Positions 38,588 through 48,413 of a DNA stretch of 64,000 nt are shown piece after piece (position 1 is the stretch's first letter; each line of letters starts with the position of its first letter). The translations under genes and the position numbers were made by a program. Under the pieces are notes generated by a model that was not told the DNA's origin, ran no database searches, and saw only the letters and a program-made list of their open reading frames with translations. Location: assembly GCA_963770895.1 (NCBI GenBank), contig CAVYRF010000002.1:1472001-1536000 (forward strand). The letters run 5' to 3'. The DNA comes from an uncultured Acidobacteriota bacterium. Its GTDB lineage: Bacteria > Acidobacteriota > Thermoanaerobaculia > Multivoradales > UBA5704.

Positions 38588-40681
38588 ATGACAAGCCTTG
38601 ACATCGAGCAAGCCGTGATCACGCAGGGCGGCGCCGCGGCCGGCGCGCGCGAGCGCGCCATCGACCACTTGGTGCAGGCGCACGGCGCGCAGCACGGCGG
38701 CCGCATCCGCACCGGGGTGACCCAGGTCGCCGACCGCTGGTGGCCCCAGGACGGCGACGATCAGCAGTTCGTGGAGTTCTGCGCCGGCGCCTTTCAATCC
38801 GACCCGCAGGCGCTCGACGCCGCCTTCGACCGCCTGCAGCAGGTGATGGAACAGGTGGACGGCCACCTGCACGAGGTGCGGCGGGAGGTGCTGCTGCCCC
38901 TGGACGTGGAGCGCGCGCCGCACGCTCCGCCCTCGCCGGTCGACCGGCTGCTGGTCGACCTGGACCTGGCGCCGCACGTGGACGAAGACCTGTTTCGCGG
39001 CAAGGTCGCCTTTTTCGCGCTGCTCAACTTCCCGGTGCACACGCTGCGCGAGCGCTTGGCCTTGAGCAGCGCAGCCGGCGGCTGGGACCGCGCCACCTGG
39101 GCGCGCTCGCGCATGATGGACCGCTTCGCCTGGCGCGTGCCGGCAGCGGTCTGGCAGACGGTGACGCGGGCGCTGACCGCGGCCGAGGAGTACATCAACT
39201 CCTACTACATCCGCATGGACCGCCTGGTGGACGCCCAAGGCGAGCTGCCCTTCCCCGAAGGGCTGCGGCTGATCAGCCACTGGGGGCTGCGCGACGAGCT
39301 GCGCGGGCATTACGCGGACCCCGATCGCGACGCCGCGCTGTCCGCCCAACGGCTCATCGTCCGCGTCATGGAGCGCATCATCCGGCAGGAGATCCCGGCG
39401 GCGGTCATCGACAACCCCGACCTGCTGTGGGAACCCGACAGCAACCTGGTGACGCCCTGGCCCGGCGGCGACGCGGCCGGCACTCCCGGCGCGCCGGCCC
39501 CGGCCGCGCGCGAGGAGGACCGCCGCTACGCCCATCTGCTCAGCCAGTTTGCGGCCAATCGCGAGCTGGATCCCTATACGCCGACGGCGCCCAGCCTGCG
39601 GGCGCGGCGCTTCGAATCCGAGCGCCAGATCCCGGAAGAAGAAGTCGAGGCCCTGCTGGTCTCGGTTCTGGAGGCGCCTGAGATCGACGGCCTGGCGGGC
39701 CGCATCGCCGCGCGCCTGGGCCGCCCGCTGGAGCCGTTCGACATCTGGTATTCCGGCTTCAAGGCGCGCCGCGGCCACTCCCAGGGCGACCTGGACGCGC
39801 GCGTGCGCCAGATCTACCCCACCGTCGCCGCCTTCAAGAGCGGCCTGCCGGACCTGCTGATGCGGCTTGGCTTTGCCGCCGACCGGGCGGCGTGGCTGGC
39901 CGAGCGCATCGAAGTCGATCCGGCGCGCGGCGCCGGCCACGCCATGCCCGCGATACGGCGCCAGGACCACGCGCACCTGCGCACGCGGGTGGGGCAGGGG
40001 GGCATGGACTACCAGGGGTACAACGTCGCGATGCACGAGCTCGGCCACAACGTCGAGCAGGTCTTTTCGCTCAACGGCATCGACCACTGGTGGTTGGCCG
40101 GGGTGCCCAACAACGCCTTCACCGAGGCCTTCGCCTTCACCTTTCAGGAGCGCGACCTGGAGCTGCTCGGCCTGGCCGAGCCGCGCGCCTCGGCCGGCGC
40201 GACCAGCAACGCCGCCGCCTTTCACGCCCACGCCCAGGCGATGCTGTGGAACACCTACGAGATCGCCGGCGTGTCGCTGGTCGACATGCAGGTGTGGCGC
40301 TGGCTGTACGCCAACCCCGACGCCACGCCGGCGGCGGCGCGCGAAGCGGTGCGGCGCATCGCCCGCGACGTCTGGAATCGCTGGTTCGCGCCGCGCCTGG
40401 GCAGTCCCGACTGCGAGATCCTGGCGATCTACTCGCACATGATCGCCTACGCCCTCTACCTGCCGGACTACGCGCTCGGCCATATCGTCGCCTTCCAGCT
40501 GGCGGCACGGCTGCAGCGGCTGCAGGGCACGGACTGGGGCGCCGAGATCGAGCGCACCACCCGCCAGGGGCGCCTCACCCCCGATGCCTGGATCCGCGGC
40601 GCCGTCGGCGGCCCGCTGTCGGCCGAAGCGCTGCTCGGCGCCGCCCGCGCGGCGCTGGCGGCGCCCGACGACGGCGGCTAG
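38588..40681 (+). CDS. Putative gluzincin metallopeptidase (M2/M3/M32-like fold)
   Basis: HELGH followed by NAFTEAFA (third-ligand Glu), and YSH...Y..DY.LG typical of gluzincins. Confidence 0.7.
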   Translation: MTSLDIEQAVITQGGAAAGARERAIDHLVQAHGAQHGGRIRTGVTQVADRWWPQDGDDQQFVEFCAGAFQSDPQALDAAFDRLQQVMEQVDGHLHEVRREVLLPLDVERAPHAPPSPVDRLLVDLDLAPHVDEDLFRGKVAFFALLNFPVHTLRERLALSSAAGGWDRATWARSRMMDRFAWRVPAAVWQTVTRALTAAEEYINSYYIRMDRLVDAQGELPFPEGLRLISHWGLRDELRGHYADPDRDAALSAQRLIVRVMERIIRQEIPAAVIDNPDLLWEPDSNLVTPWPGGDAAGTPGAPAPAAREEDRRYAHLLSQFAANRELDPYTPTAPSLRARRFESERQIPEEEVEALLVSVLEAPEIDGLAGRIAARLGRPLEPFDIWYSGFKARRGHSQGDLDARVRQIYPTVAAFKSGLPDLLMRLGFAADRAAWLAERIEVDPARGAGHAMPAIRRQDHAHLRTRVGQGGMDYQGYNVAMHELGHNVEQVFSLNGIDHWWLAGVPNNAFTEAFAFTFQERDLELLGLAEPRASAGATSNAAAFHAHAQAMLWNTYEIAGVSLVDMQVWRWLYANPDATPAAAREAVRRIARDVWNRWFAPRLGSPDCEILAIYSHMIAYALYLPDYALGHIVAFQLAARLQRLQGTDWGAEIERTTRQGRLTPDAWIRGAVGGPLSAEALLGAARAALAAPDDGG

Positions 40682-41388
40682 CCGCAGTAGCGGGTGAGGG
40701 CGGCGCGGTCCAGGACGTGGATGCGGTGGTCGGAATCGACGGCGATCAGGCCGCGCTGCTTGAAGTCCACGATGGCCTGGTTGACCCGCTCGCGCGACGC
40801 GCCGACGACCTCCCCCAGGTCGCTCTGCGTCAGGCGCAGCGGGATCTTGGTCGGACCGCCGGCCGCCGCTTCCCCGGCGGGCGGCTGGCCGTAACGGTCG
40901 GCCAGCGCCAGGATCTGGCGCGCCACGCGGCCGGGCACGTCCAACGTGCACAGCGCCTGGATCTGTTCGTTGGCGAAGCGCAGGCGGCGCGACAGCAGGC
41001 GCACCAGGTTGTTGGCGAGCGGCGCCATGACGCGCAGGCAGGACTGGAACGAGGCGCGGTCCAGCCACAGCAGGCGGGACGGCTCGGTGGTCACCACGTT
41101 GGCGGAGCGGCCGGCGCTGTCGACCAGGCTCATTTCGCCCACCGTGTCGCCGGGACCCAGAAAGGCCAGGATGACCTCGCGGCCGTCGGACTGGCTGACG
41201 TAGATCTTGACCGTGCCCTGCAGCAGCACGTAGACCACTTCGCCCGGCTGCTCGGCGGTGATGAAGTTGGCGCCGGCGGGCACGCTGCTGGCGTGCAGGA
41301 GCTGGTTGAGCCGCACCAGCTGATCCGCTTCCAACCCCTGGAACAGCTCGAGGTCTCCAAGCCTGTTCGGGTCGGCGACGGCTCCCAT
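40678..41388 (-). CDS. Crp/Fnr family transcriptional regulator
   Basis: GEMSL..RSANV cNMP pocket; LTQSDLGEVVGASRERVN HTH. Confidence 0.95.
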   Translation of the reverse strand: MGAVADPNRLGDLELFQGLEADQLVRLNQLLHASSVPAGANFITAEQPGEVVYVLLQGTVKIYVSQSDGREVILAFLGPGDTVGEMSLVDSAGRSANVVTTEPSRLLWLDRASFQSCLRVMAPLANNLVRLLSRRLRFANEQIQALCTLDVPGRVARQILALADRYGQPPAGEAAAGGPTKIPLRLTQSDLGEVVGASRERVNQAIVDFKQRGLIAVDSDHRIHVLDRAALTRYCG

Positions 41389-41395
41389 GGCACCC

Positions 41396-42562
41396 TCAGG
41401 AGCCCAGCAGCTCGGCCAGCACGGCGACGCCGCGGTCCACCACGTCGGGCGGCGCGGCGGTGAAGCAGACCCGCACGTGCGTCGGATAGGGACCGAAGCT
41501 GGGCCCCGGCGCCACGAACAGGCCGCGCTCCACGCAGTCCTCCAGGAAGCCGCCCAGCCCGCGGGCGTCCAGGCGGTGGGCGACGTCGAGGAACAGGAAG
41601 GTGCTGCCGCCGGGAGCCGGCAGGCCCAGCCGCGCCGCGGCCCGCGCGCCGGTCTGCCGGTACTGGTCGCGCGCCTGCTCGATCCAGGCGTCGCCGGCGC
41701 CGCTCAGCACCTTGACGGCGGCGATCTGCGACGCCGTGGGAGTGCTGTAGAAGCTGTGCAGCCCGACCTTGCCCAGCTGCGGCATGGCGGCGGCCGGGCC
41801 GACGACGTAGCCGCAGCGGTTGCCGGCCATGCCGTACGCCTTGGAAAACGAATGGACCGCAAAGGTGCTGTCCGGCGCCAGCGGCCGGCACCAGGTGTGG
41901 TCGCCGTCGTAAACGTAGTCTTCGTACACCTCGTCGGCGAGGATCCACAGGTCGTGGCGGACCGCCCAGGCGACCAGCGCTTCGACGACGGGGCGCGGGA
42001 TGACCAGCCCGGTCGGGTTGCTGGGGGTGTTCAGGTACAGCGCCACCGTGCGGCCGGTGCGGTGCGCGGCGACCGCCTCGATCGCGGTTTCGGGCGAGTC
42101 GGCGCGAGCGAAGAACGGCACCTCGACGGGCTGTCCATGAAAGGATCTGACGATGCCGGAAATGAGCGGCCAGTGCGGTGCGAGCAGCAGCACTTCGTCA
42201 CCGGGCTCGAGGATCGCGCCGGCAACCGCGCCCAGGGCGCCCGTGGCGCCGGTCGCCACCAGGATGTTTTCGCGCCCGGTCGGGACGCCGGTGCGCCGGC
42301 GGACCCGCTCGGCCACGGCGTCGAGCAGCGCCGGCATGCCCTGCGGCGCGGCATAGCGATGCATGCCGGGATATTGGGCGACGGTGAGGTCCTCCATCCG
42401 GCAGCCCGGCGGCGGCTCCATCCAGGTATCGCCCACGTGCAGGGGGTATGCCTCGCCGGCAAAGGTTGCCAGGCGGTGGGCCAGGGTCGAGTAGACGGCA
42501 CCCGAGATATCGGCCAGCGACGGCGAAAAGTGGGGATGTCCGGGCATGGCGACGGCACTCAT
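41396..42562 (-). CDS. PLP-dependent aminotransferase class I/II
   Basis: NTPSNPTG, DEVY, SFSKAYGMAGNRCGY. Confidence 0.93.
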   Translation of the reverse strand: MSAVAMPGHPHFSPSLADISGAVYSTLAHRLATFAGEAYPLHVGDTWMEPPPGCRMEDLTVAQYPGMHRYAAPQGMPALLDAVAERVRRRTGVPTGRENILVATGATGALGAVAGAILEPGDEVLLLAPHWPLISGIVRSFHGQPVEVPFFARADSPETAIEAVAAHRTGRTVALYLNTPSNPTGLVIPRPVVEALVAWAVRHDLWILADEVYEDYVYDGDHTWCRPLAPDSTFAVHSFSKAYGMAGNRCGYVVGPAAAMPQLGKVGLHSFYSTPTASQIAAVKVLSGAGDAWIEQARDQYRQTGARAAARLGLPAPGGSTFLFLDVAHRLDARGLGGFLEDCVERGLFVAPGPSFGPYPTHVRVCFTAAPPDVVDRGVAVLAELLGS

Positions 42563-42685
42563 GCTATCGCAGAGGCATGCTACGCGCGCGCCCGGCCGCC
42601 GGCACCACCGGCGGCGCCGGCTGTTGACGGAATGCTGGCAATTGACTCGATAGCGTATACTTTGTGGTGATCCCGAGACTCTCTA

Positions 42686-44965
42686 TTGCGCGATGATCGA
42701 CCCATCCGCGCCGCGCTCGCCCTGGCTCTGATCCTGGGCGCCTTGGCGTTGCTGTACCTCCAGGTTACCGAGACGGCACGCAGCGAAGCGCGCCGACTCG
42801 GTTACAACCTGGTGAACCAGCCGGAAGGCATTCGCATCCAGCCGGTCATCCCGGGCCTCCCCGCCGACCGTGCCGGCCTGCGCGACAACGACCTGGTGAC
42901 CGCGGTCAACGGCGTGGCGGTGCACGATCAGGCGGACTACGGCCCCATCGCCAAGCGCTTCCGCGCCGGCGCGCCGGTGGTCTTCCGCGTCGTGCGCCAG
43001 GGCCGCACCCTGGAGCTGACGGCGCATCCGGGCGTGGCATTCCCGCTGTTCGCCGTCCTGTTCAATGCCGTAGCCGCCTTCGGCTTCCTGGCGGTAGCCC
43101 TGCTGGCCGTGATGCAGGGGTTCAAGGACCTGCGCACCCGGCTGCTGCTCGGGTTCACCGGCGCGGTGGCGCTCGAGCTGCTGCTGCCGGGCGCGATCCT
43201 CTCCGTCATCGGCAGCGGCTGGCTGGGCGCCGCCTCCACCAGCGCCTTCTACCTGCTCGCCGGCGTGCAGTTCGCCCTGGAGCTCCACCTGGCGTCGCTG
43301 ATCCCCGAGCGCCCGCGATGGCTGCAGCGGCGCGGGTGGGTCGTGCCCCTCTACTACGCCGTCGGCATCGGCGTCGGCTGCACCCTGTGCGCCACCTACC
43401 TGACCGACGAGGTGATGGGCAAGCGGGTCTTCCCCTGGAGCAGCCTGCAGGCCGACAGCTGGCTCAATCAGATCGCCCTGCCGTTCTGGGCGCTGGCGGT
43501 GTCGGTGCTGCTCGGCGCGCAGGCGCTGCGGCACGCCGAACCGCGCGGGCGCCACCAGGCGGGGCTGGTGCTGTCGGCGACGGCGGCCTGGTTTTTCTTC
43601 ACCCTGTACAGCTCGGTGGTGCTGCAGACGGGAGCGCCGGTGCCGCGCTGGATCGTGCCGCTGCAGACCTTCGTCCTGCTCTGCTACCCGGTGGCGATGT
43701 TCGCCGCCATCTTCCGCTATCACCTGTTCGACATCGAGCTGGCGGTGCGCCGCGGGCTGCTCTACACCACCGTGAGCGGCGCCCTGGTGCTGGTCTTCTA
43801 CGGCGCGCTGGGCGGGCTGTCGCTGCTGCTGCCCTCGTCGTTCCGCGGCCAGCCGCCGATGTGGGCGGTGGCCATCGCCATGCTGTTGCTGGGTCTGCTG
43901 TTCGCGCCGCTGCGCCGCTTCGCCCACCGCCTCATCGACCGCGGTTTCTTCCCCGAGCGCAACGAGATGCGGCAGCGGCTCATCACCCTGGCCGCCGAGC
44001 TGCCGGCGCTCGGCAAGCTGCCGCTGATGGGGCGCCACCTGGTGTCGCGGCTCGAACCGATCTTCGGCTCGCGCGGCGCGATGCTGCTGATCGCCAGCCC
44101 CGAAAGCGGCCTGCTCAAGGTGCTGGCCGCCACCGGCAGCCGCTGGGGAGCGATGGAGCGCTCGTTCCTGGTGGCGCTCGACGACCCCGGCGTCGAGATG
44201 CTGCGGCGCGCCTCGCGGCCGTGCGCCATGGCGCAGCTTGCCGCCCGCAGCCCGGCGCTCGCGCACCGCATGGCGGACCTGGACCCCGCCGGGCTGTGGG
44301 TGCCGCTGCTCAGCCACCAGCGGCTGATCGGCGCGCTGTTGATCGGCGCCCGCGAAGACGGGCAGCCCTACCTTTCCGAGGAACAGGACCTGCTGATCCT
44401 GCTGGCCCACCATGCCGCCTCGGTGATCGAGAACGCCCGCCTGTTCGAATCCGCCACCTACGAGAGCCTGACCGGCCTGCTGCGCCGCGAGGCGATCCTG
44501 GAGCAGCTGGACAAGGAGCTGGAGCGGGCACAGCGCTACGGCCGGCCGCTGACCCTGGCGATGGCCGACCTGGACTACTTCAAGGAGGTCAACGACCGCT
44601 ACGGCCACCTGGCCGGCGACACGCTGCTCAAGGCGATCTCGACGGTCGCCGCCGAGGGGCTGCGCAGCACCGACCTGATCGGCCGCTACGGCGGCGAGGA
44701 ATTTCTGGTGCTGCTGCCCGAAACCGAGATCGCCGGCGCCGTCAGCGTCGCCGAAAAGATCCGCAACCTGGTGCAGGCCACGTCAGTGCCGATGGACGAC
44801 GGCTCGCTGGTCGGCGTCACCATCTCGATCGGCCTGGCTTCGTTGCGCGACGACCACCCACGGCAGGACCGCCTGACCAGCCGCGACCTGATCGCCGCCG
44901 CCGACCGTTCCCTCTACGAAGCCAAGAACGCCGGCCGCAACCGCGTCTTCCCCATGGTCGCCTGA
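42686..44965 (+). CDS. Membrane diguanylate cyclase (PDZ, multi-TM, GAF-like, GGDEF)
   Basis: PADRAGLRDNDLVTAVNG (PDZ); DLDYFKEVNDRYGHLAGD; RSTD I-site; GGEEF. Confidence 0.93.
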   Translation: MRDDRPIRAALALALILGALALLYLQVTETARSEARRLGYNLVNQPEGIRIQPVIPGLPADRAGLRDNDLVTAVNGVAVHDQADYGPIAKRFRAGAPVVFRVVRQGRTLELTAHPGVAFPLFAVLFNAVAAFGFLAVALLAVMQGFKDLRTRLLLGFTGAVALELLLPGAILSVIGSGWLGAASTSAFYLLAGVQFALELHLASLIPERPRWLQRRGWVVPLYYAVGIGVGCTLCATYLTDEVMGKRVFPWSSLQADSWLNQIALPFWALAVSVLLGAQALRHAEPRGRHQAGLVLSATAAWFFFTLYSSVVLQTGAPVPRWIVPLQTFVLLCYPVAMFAAIFRYHLFDIELAVRRGLLYTTVSGALVLVFYGALGGLSLLLPSSFRGQPPMWAVAIAMLLLGLLFAPLRRFAHRLIDRGFFPERNEMRQRLITLAAELPALGKLPLMGRHLVSRLEPIFGSRGAMLLIASPESGLLKVLAATGSRWGAMERSFLVALDDPGVEMLRRASRPCAMAQLAARSPALAHRMADLDPAGLWVPLLSHQRLIGALLIGAREDGQPYLSEEQDLLILLAHHAASVIENARLFESATYESLTGLLRREAILEQLDKELERAQRYGRPLTLAMADLDYFKEVNDRYGHLAGDTLLKAISTVAAEGLRSTDLIGRYGGEEFLVLLPETEIAGAVSVAEKIRNLVQATSVPMDDGSLVGVTISIGLASLRDDHPRQDRLTSRDLIAAADRSLYEAKNAGRNRVFPMVA

Positions 44966-45051
44966 GCGCCTCCCGGCTTCCCGGCGTCCCCGGGGCTGCC
45001 CGCGGCAAGGCGCGGTTCGGGCAACGCGGCAGGTGCTAGCATGGCCCCGGC

Positions 45052-45426
45052 ATGGAACCGGTCCTGATCGAAGTGCTGCGGCAGCCTGAGGTGCGGCGGC
45101 TGCGGCTCACCTGGAGCGACGGCCACGCGGCCGCGTACGACTGCGACTACCTGCGGGCCTGGTGCCCCTGCGCCGGCTGCCAGGGACACGTGGGTCTGAC
45201 CATCCGCTACCAGCCGGCGGCGGGGCCGGTGAAGGCGGACGGCATCCAGGCGGTGGGCAACTACGCCATTTCGATCGCCTGGTCGGACGGTCACTCGACC
45301 GGCATCTACCGCTTCGATTTCCTGCGCCAGATCTGCCCCTGCGCCGTCTGCCAGGGCGGCGCGGCGGACGCGGCCGGCACGGCGGGCGCGGTGGGCGCCA
45401 AGGGCAGCGTCACTCTGGAACCCTGA
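45052..45426 (+). CDS. DUF971 / gamma-butyrobetaine hydroxylase-like N-terminal domain protein
   Basis: LRAWCPCAGC, VGNYAISIAWSDGHSTGIY. Confidence 0.92.
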   Translation: MEPVLIEVLRQPEVRRLRLTWSDGHAAAYDCDYLRAWCPCAGCQGHVGLTIRYQPAAGPVKADGIQAVGNYAISIAWSDGHSTGIYRFDFLRQICPCAVCQGGAADAAGTAGAVGAKGSVTLEP

Positions 45427-46138
45427 GCGCCAGCCAGCGGTCCAGGTCCAGCGGCGTGTTCAGATTGAGAAACAGCTCTTCCGGCGGGCCAAAACGCCTC
45501 AGCCGGGGGCCTTCCAGGTAGCCCACCTTCAGGCCGGGGACGTGGCGCAGGCGGTGCGGCGCCGCATCCCCCCGGCGCACCGCGGCCGCCAGCGCGGCCA
45601 GCGCCGCCGGCTGATAGAGGGCGCACAGCGGCTCGATGCCGCGGCGCCAGCGCGGCACCACCAGGTCCGCGGCAGGCCTTTCAGGCGACCCCTGCCGGCC
45701 ACGCCCAGGGGCCGCCGGCGACGCCTCGCTGCCGGTGGTGCCGGCGGGGCCGGGACGTCCGCCGCGGCCGGCACGGCCGGCAAGCATCGCCAGCAGCGCC
45801 ACCGGTACCCGCGGCAGGTCGCAGGCCAGAACCAGCAACGGCTGGCCGGGCCGCGCCGCCGCCGCGGCCAGGATGCCGCCGGCGGGCCCCTGGACCGGCT
45901 GGTCAGGCAGCGACAGAAAACCCGCCACCAGCTGGCGCTGGCCGTCGGCGATCAGGACTTCGCCGCACACCGCCAGCAGCCGTTGGGCCGCCAGCTCCGT
46001 CAGCGACGGACCGCCGGCGGTCAGCATCGCCTTGTCCTGTCCCATGCGCCGCGAGCGCCCGCCGGCCAGCACGACGCCCACGACGCCGGCGGCCGGTGGC
46101 GCCAAAGGCAGCGTGGTAGCATCGCCGCCCGTCTGCAT
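45410..46138 (-). CDS. mobA: Molybdenum cofactor guanylyltransferase
   Basis: LAGGRSRRMGQDKA, GPAGGI, ACDLP, EPLCALY, NLNTP; start position uncertain. Confidence 0.9.
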   Translation of the reverse strand: MQTGGDATTLPLAPPAAGVVGVVLAGGRSRRMGQDKAMLTAGGPSLTELAAQRLLAVCGEVLIADGQRQLVAGFLSLPDQPVQGPAGGILAAAAARPGQPLLVLACDLPRVPVALLAMLAGRAGRGGRPGPAGTTGSEASPAAPGRGRQGSPERPAADLVVPRWRRGIEPLCALYQPAALAALAAAVRRGDAAPHRLRHVPGLKVGYLEGPRLRRFGPPEELFLNLNTPLDLDRWLALRVPE

Positions 46139-46162
46139 CTTCAAGCAAGGAGGAGATTCCAT

Positions 46163-46732
46163 ATGCATGCCAGCTTAGCTCTGATCGCCGCGCTGCTGGC
46201 CGCCATCGCGCCGGCCACGCCGGCGCCGGCGCCCGCGGCCAAGCCCAACCCGCGCGTCACCCTGGAAACCAGCAAGGGGAAGATCGTCATCGAGCTGTTC
46301 CCCACCAAGGCGCCCAAAACCGTCGAAAACTTCCTGCACTACGTCAAGACGGGCCACTACGACGGCACCGTGTTCCACCGGATCATCGCCGGCTTCATGG
46401 TCCAGGGCGGCGGCTTCGACACCAAGGGTGTCGAAAAGCCCACCGGCGCGCCGATCCACAACGAATCCAACAACGGCGTCTCCAACGTGCGCGGCACCAT
46501 CGCCATGGCGCGCACCGGCGACCCGCACAGCGCCACCGCCCAGTTCTTCATCAACGTGGTGGACAACAGCCGCCTGGACTACAGCGCCACCCCGCAGCGC
46601 TGGGGCTATACGGCCTTCGGCAACGTGGTCGCCGGCATGGACGTGGTGGATGCCATCGCCGCCGTGCAAACCGGAGCGGGCGACCAGCCGGTGCAGCCGG
46701 TGATCCTGCAGAAGGCGACGCTCACCCACTGA
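46163..46732 (+). CDS. ppiA: Cyclophilin-type peptidyl-prolyl cis-trans isomerase (secreted)
   Basis: APKTVENF, FHRII, QGGG, RGTIAMART, SATAQFFIN, GYTAFG; AAGGAGGAG RBS. Confidence 0.93.
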   Translation: MHASLALIAALLAAIAPATPAPAPAAKPNPRVTLETSKGKIVIELFPTKAPKTVENFLHYVKTGHYDGTVFHRIIAGFMVQGGGFDTKGVEKPTGAPIHNESNNGVSNVRGTIAMARTGDPHSATAQFFINVVDNSRLDYSATPQRWGYTAFGNVVAGMDVVDAIAAVQTGAGDQPVQPVILQKATLTH

Positions 46733-46962
46733 CAAAGCGTAGGACCGCCGGCCGCCGGGCCGCAGCGCGGCCTGGCGCCGCCTGTGCCCGGCGGCTCGCG
46801 GGCTGCCGCGGCGGCAAGCAACTCGGCTGATGCTGGCGCGCGGCGCGGTGCCCGCGGCGCGCGGGCAGCAGGCAGGCGGTGCCTGCGGCGCAAGGCCGGA
46901 ATGTCAGGGCGTCACGACATCGGGTATCGGGTGCCAGGTGCCTGGCCAGGTGTCAGGAGGGA

Positions 46963-47047
<85 letters not shown>

Positions 47048-47091
47048 TCAAACGTCATTCTACTGGCCCTGGCGCCGTTCAGCGTGTGTCG

Positions 47092-47535
47092 CTAGTGGGC
47101 CGGCGCGGGGCTGGGAGTCTGCGGCGCCGGCGCGCTGGACCCCTTGGGGGGCGAGACGGGCGCCGGAGAGGCCGGGTTGGGTGCCGCCGGACGGGGCGCG
47201 CTGGTGCCGGCGCCGGCGGGAGGCGTGGCCGGCGCCTGCGTCTTGCGTGCCGCGGCGGCCTTGCCCGCCGCCGTGGTCTTACCGGCCGCGTCGCTCAGGA
47301 CCGACTTGCCGCCACCGAAGTGGATGCCGATCGCCAGGGTGGTCAGCACGAAGATGATGAACGAGGCGACCGTGAGCTTGTGCAGGAAGGTGGTGGCCCC
47401 CCGCGCGCCAAAGGCGGTCTGGGTGCTGCCGCCGCCGAAGACGGAAAGATCGGCGCCCTTGCCCTGCTGCAGCAGGACGACCAGGATCAAGAAGACGCAA
47501 ACCAGCACGTGCAGCGTGTACACCAGGTAGATCAC
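47092..47535 (-). CDS. secG: Preprotein translocase subunit SecG
   Basis: LILVVLLQQGKGADLSVFGGGS, FGARGATTFLHKLT. Confidence 0.95.
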   Translation of the reverse strand: MIYLVYTLHVLVCVFLILVVLLQQGKGADLSVFGGGSTQTAFGARGATTFLHKLTVASFIIFVLTTLAIGIHFGGGKSVLSDAAGKTTAAGKAAAARKTQAPATPPAGAGTSAPRPAAPNPASPAPVSPPKGSSAPAPQTPSPAPAH

Positions 47536-47603
47536 GGATCAAGCCTCCAAGCAGGTGAAGGACCGGGAATCAGGCTGGAGCGCTTCTCGCGCGAGACGGC
47601 CCT

Positions 47604-48413
47604 TCAACCGGAGCCCGCTATGATAGCAAGGAACTGCCGCGGGTCAAGACTTGCGCCGCCGACCAGAAAGCCGTCGATGTCGGGTTCGGCGATCAGCGTC
47701 GCCGCGTTGGCCGGCGTGACCGAGCCGCCGTAGAGCAGCGTCACCGCGTCGGCGTCCACCCGGGCCAGCGCGCAGACGGTGCGCCGCACCACGGCGTGCA
47801 CCTCCTGGGCGATCTGCGGGCTGGCGGTCAGGCCGGTGCCGATCGCCCACACCGGCTCGTAGGCGACGACCAGCGGCACCGGCGGACCGGGGTGCCGGGC
47901 AAGGCCTCCCAGCAGCTGGCGTTCGAGCACCCCGAAGGTGCTCCCCGCCTCGCGCTGCTGCTGCGTCTCGCCGACGCAGAGCAGCGGCACCAGGCCGTGG
48001 CTCGCCGCCGCCTCCACCTTGTGGGCGATCAGCTCGTCGCTTTCGCCGTGATCGCGGCGGCGCTCGCTGTGGCCGCACAGCACCCAGCGGCACCCGGCGT
48101 CGGCCAGCTGCGGCCCCGACACGTCACCGGTGTGCGCCCCCTTGGCGGCGGGGTGGAGATCCTGCCCCCCCACCTCCACGGCGCTGCCGGCCAGCTCGCG
48201 GGCCACCACCGGGAGCAGCGGAAACGAGGGAAACAGCAGCACCCGCGGAGTGCCTCCCGGCTGCGCCGCACTTGCGGCTTCGGGCAGACCGCGCAGCAGG
48301 TCGGCGCAATAGGCGGCCGCATCCGCCCGCCCCAGATTCATCTTCCAGTTGCCGGCGTAGATGCGGCGCCGCGCGCCCCCGCCCTCGCTCCCCACCCCGC
48401 TGCCGGCGCTCAC
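47604..48413 (-). CDS. tpiA: Triosephosphate isomerase
   Basis: AGNWKMN, GAHTGDVS, GHSERR, AYEPVWAIGTG, YGGSV, LVGGASL; GTGA overlap with pgk. Confidence 0.97.
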   Translation of the reverse strand: MSAGSGVGSEGGGARRRIYAGNWKMNLGRADAAAYCADLLRGLPEAASAAQPGGTPRVLLFPSFPLLPVVARELAGSAVEVGGQDLHPAAKGAHTGDVSGPQLADAGCRWVLCGHSERRRDHGESDELIAHKVEAAASHGLVPLLCVGETQQQREAGSTFGVLERQLLGGLARHPGPPVPLVVAYEPVWAIGTGLTASPQIAQEVHAVVRRTVCALARVDADAVTLLYGGSVTPANAATLIAEPDIDGFLVGGASLDPRQFLAIIAGSG

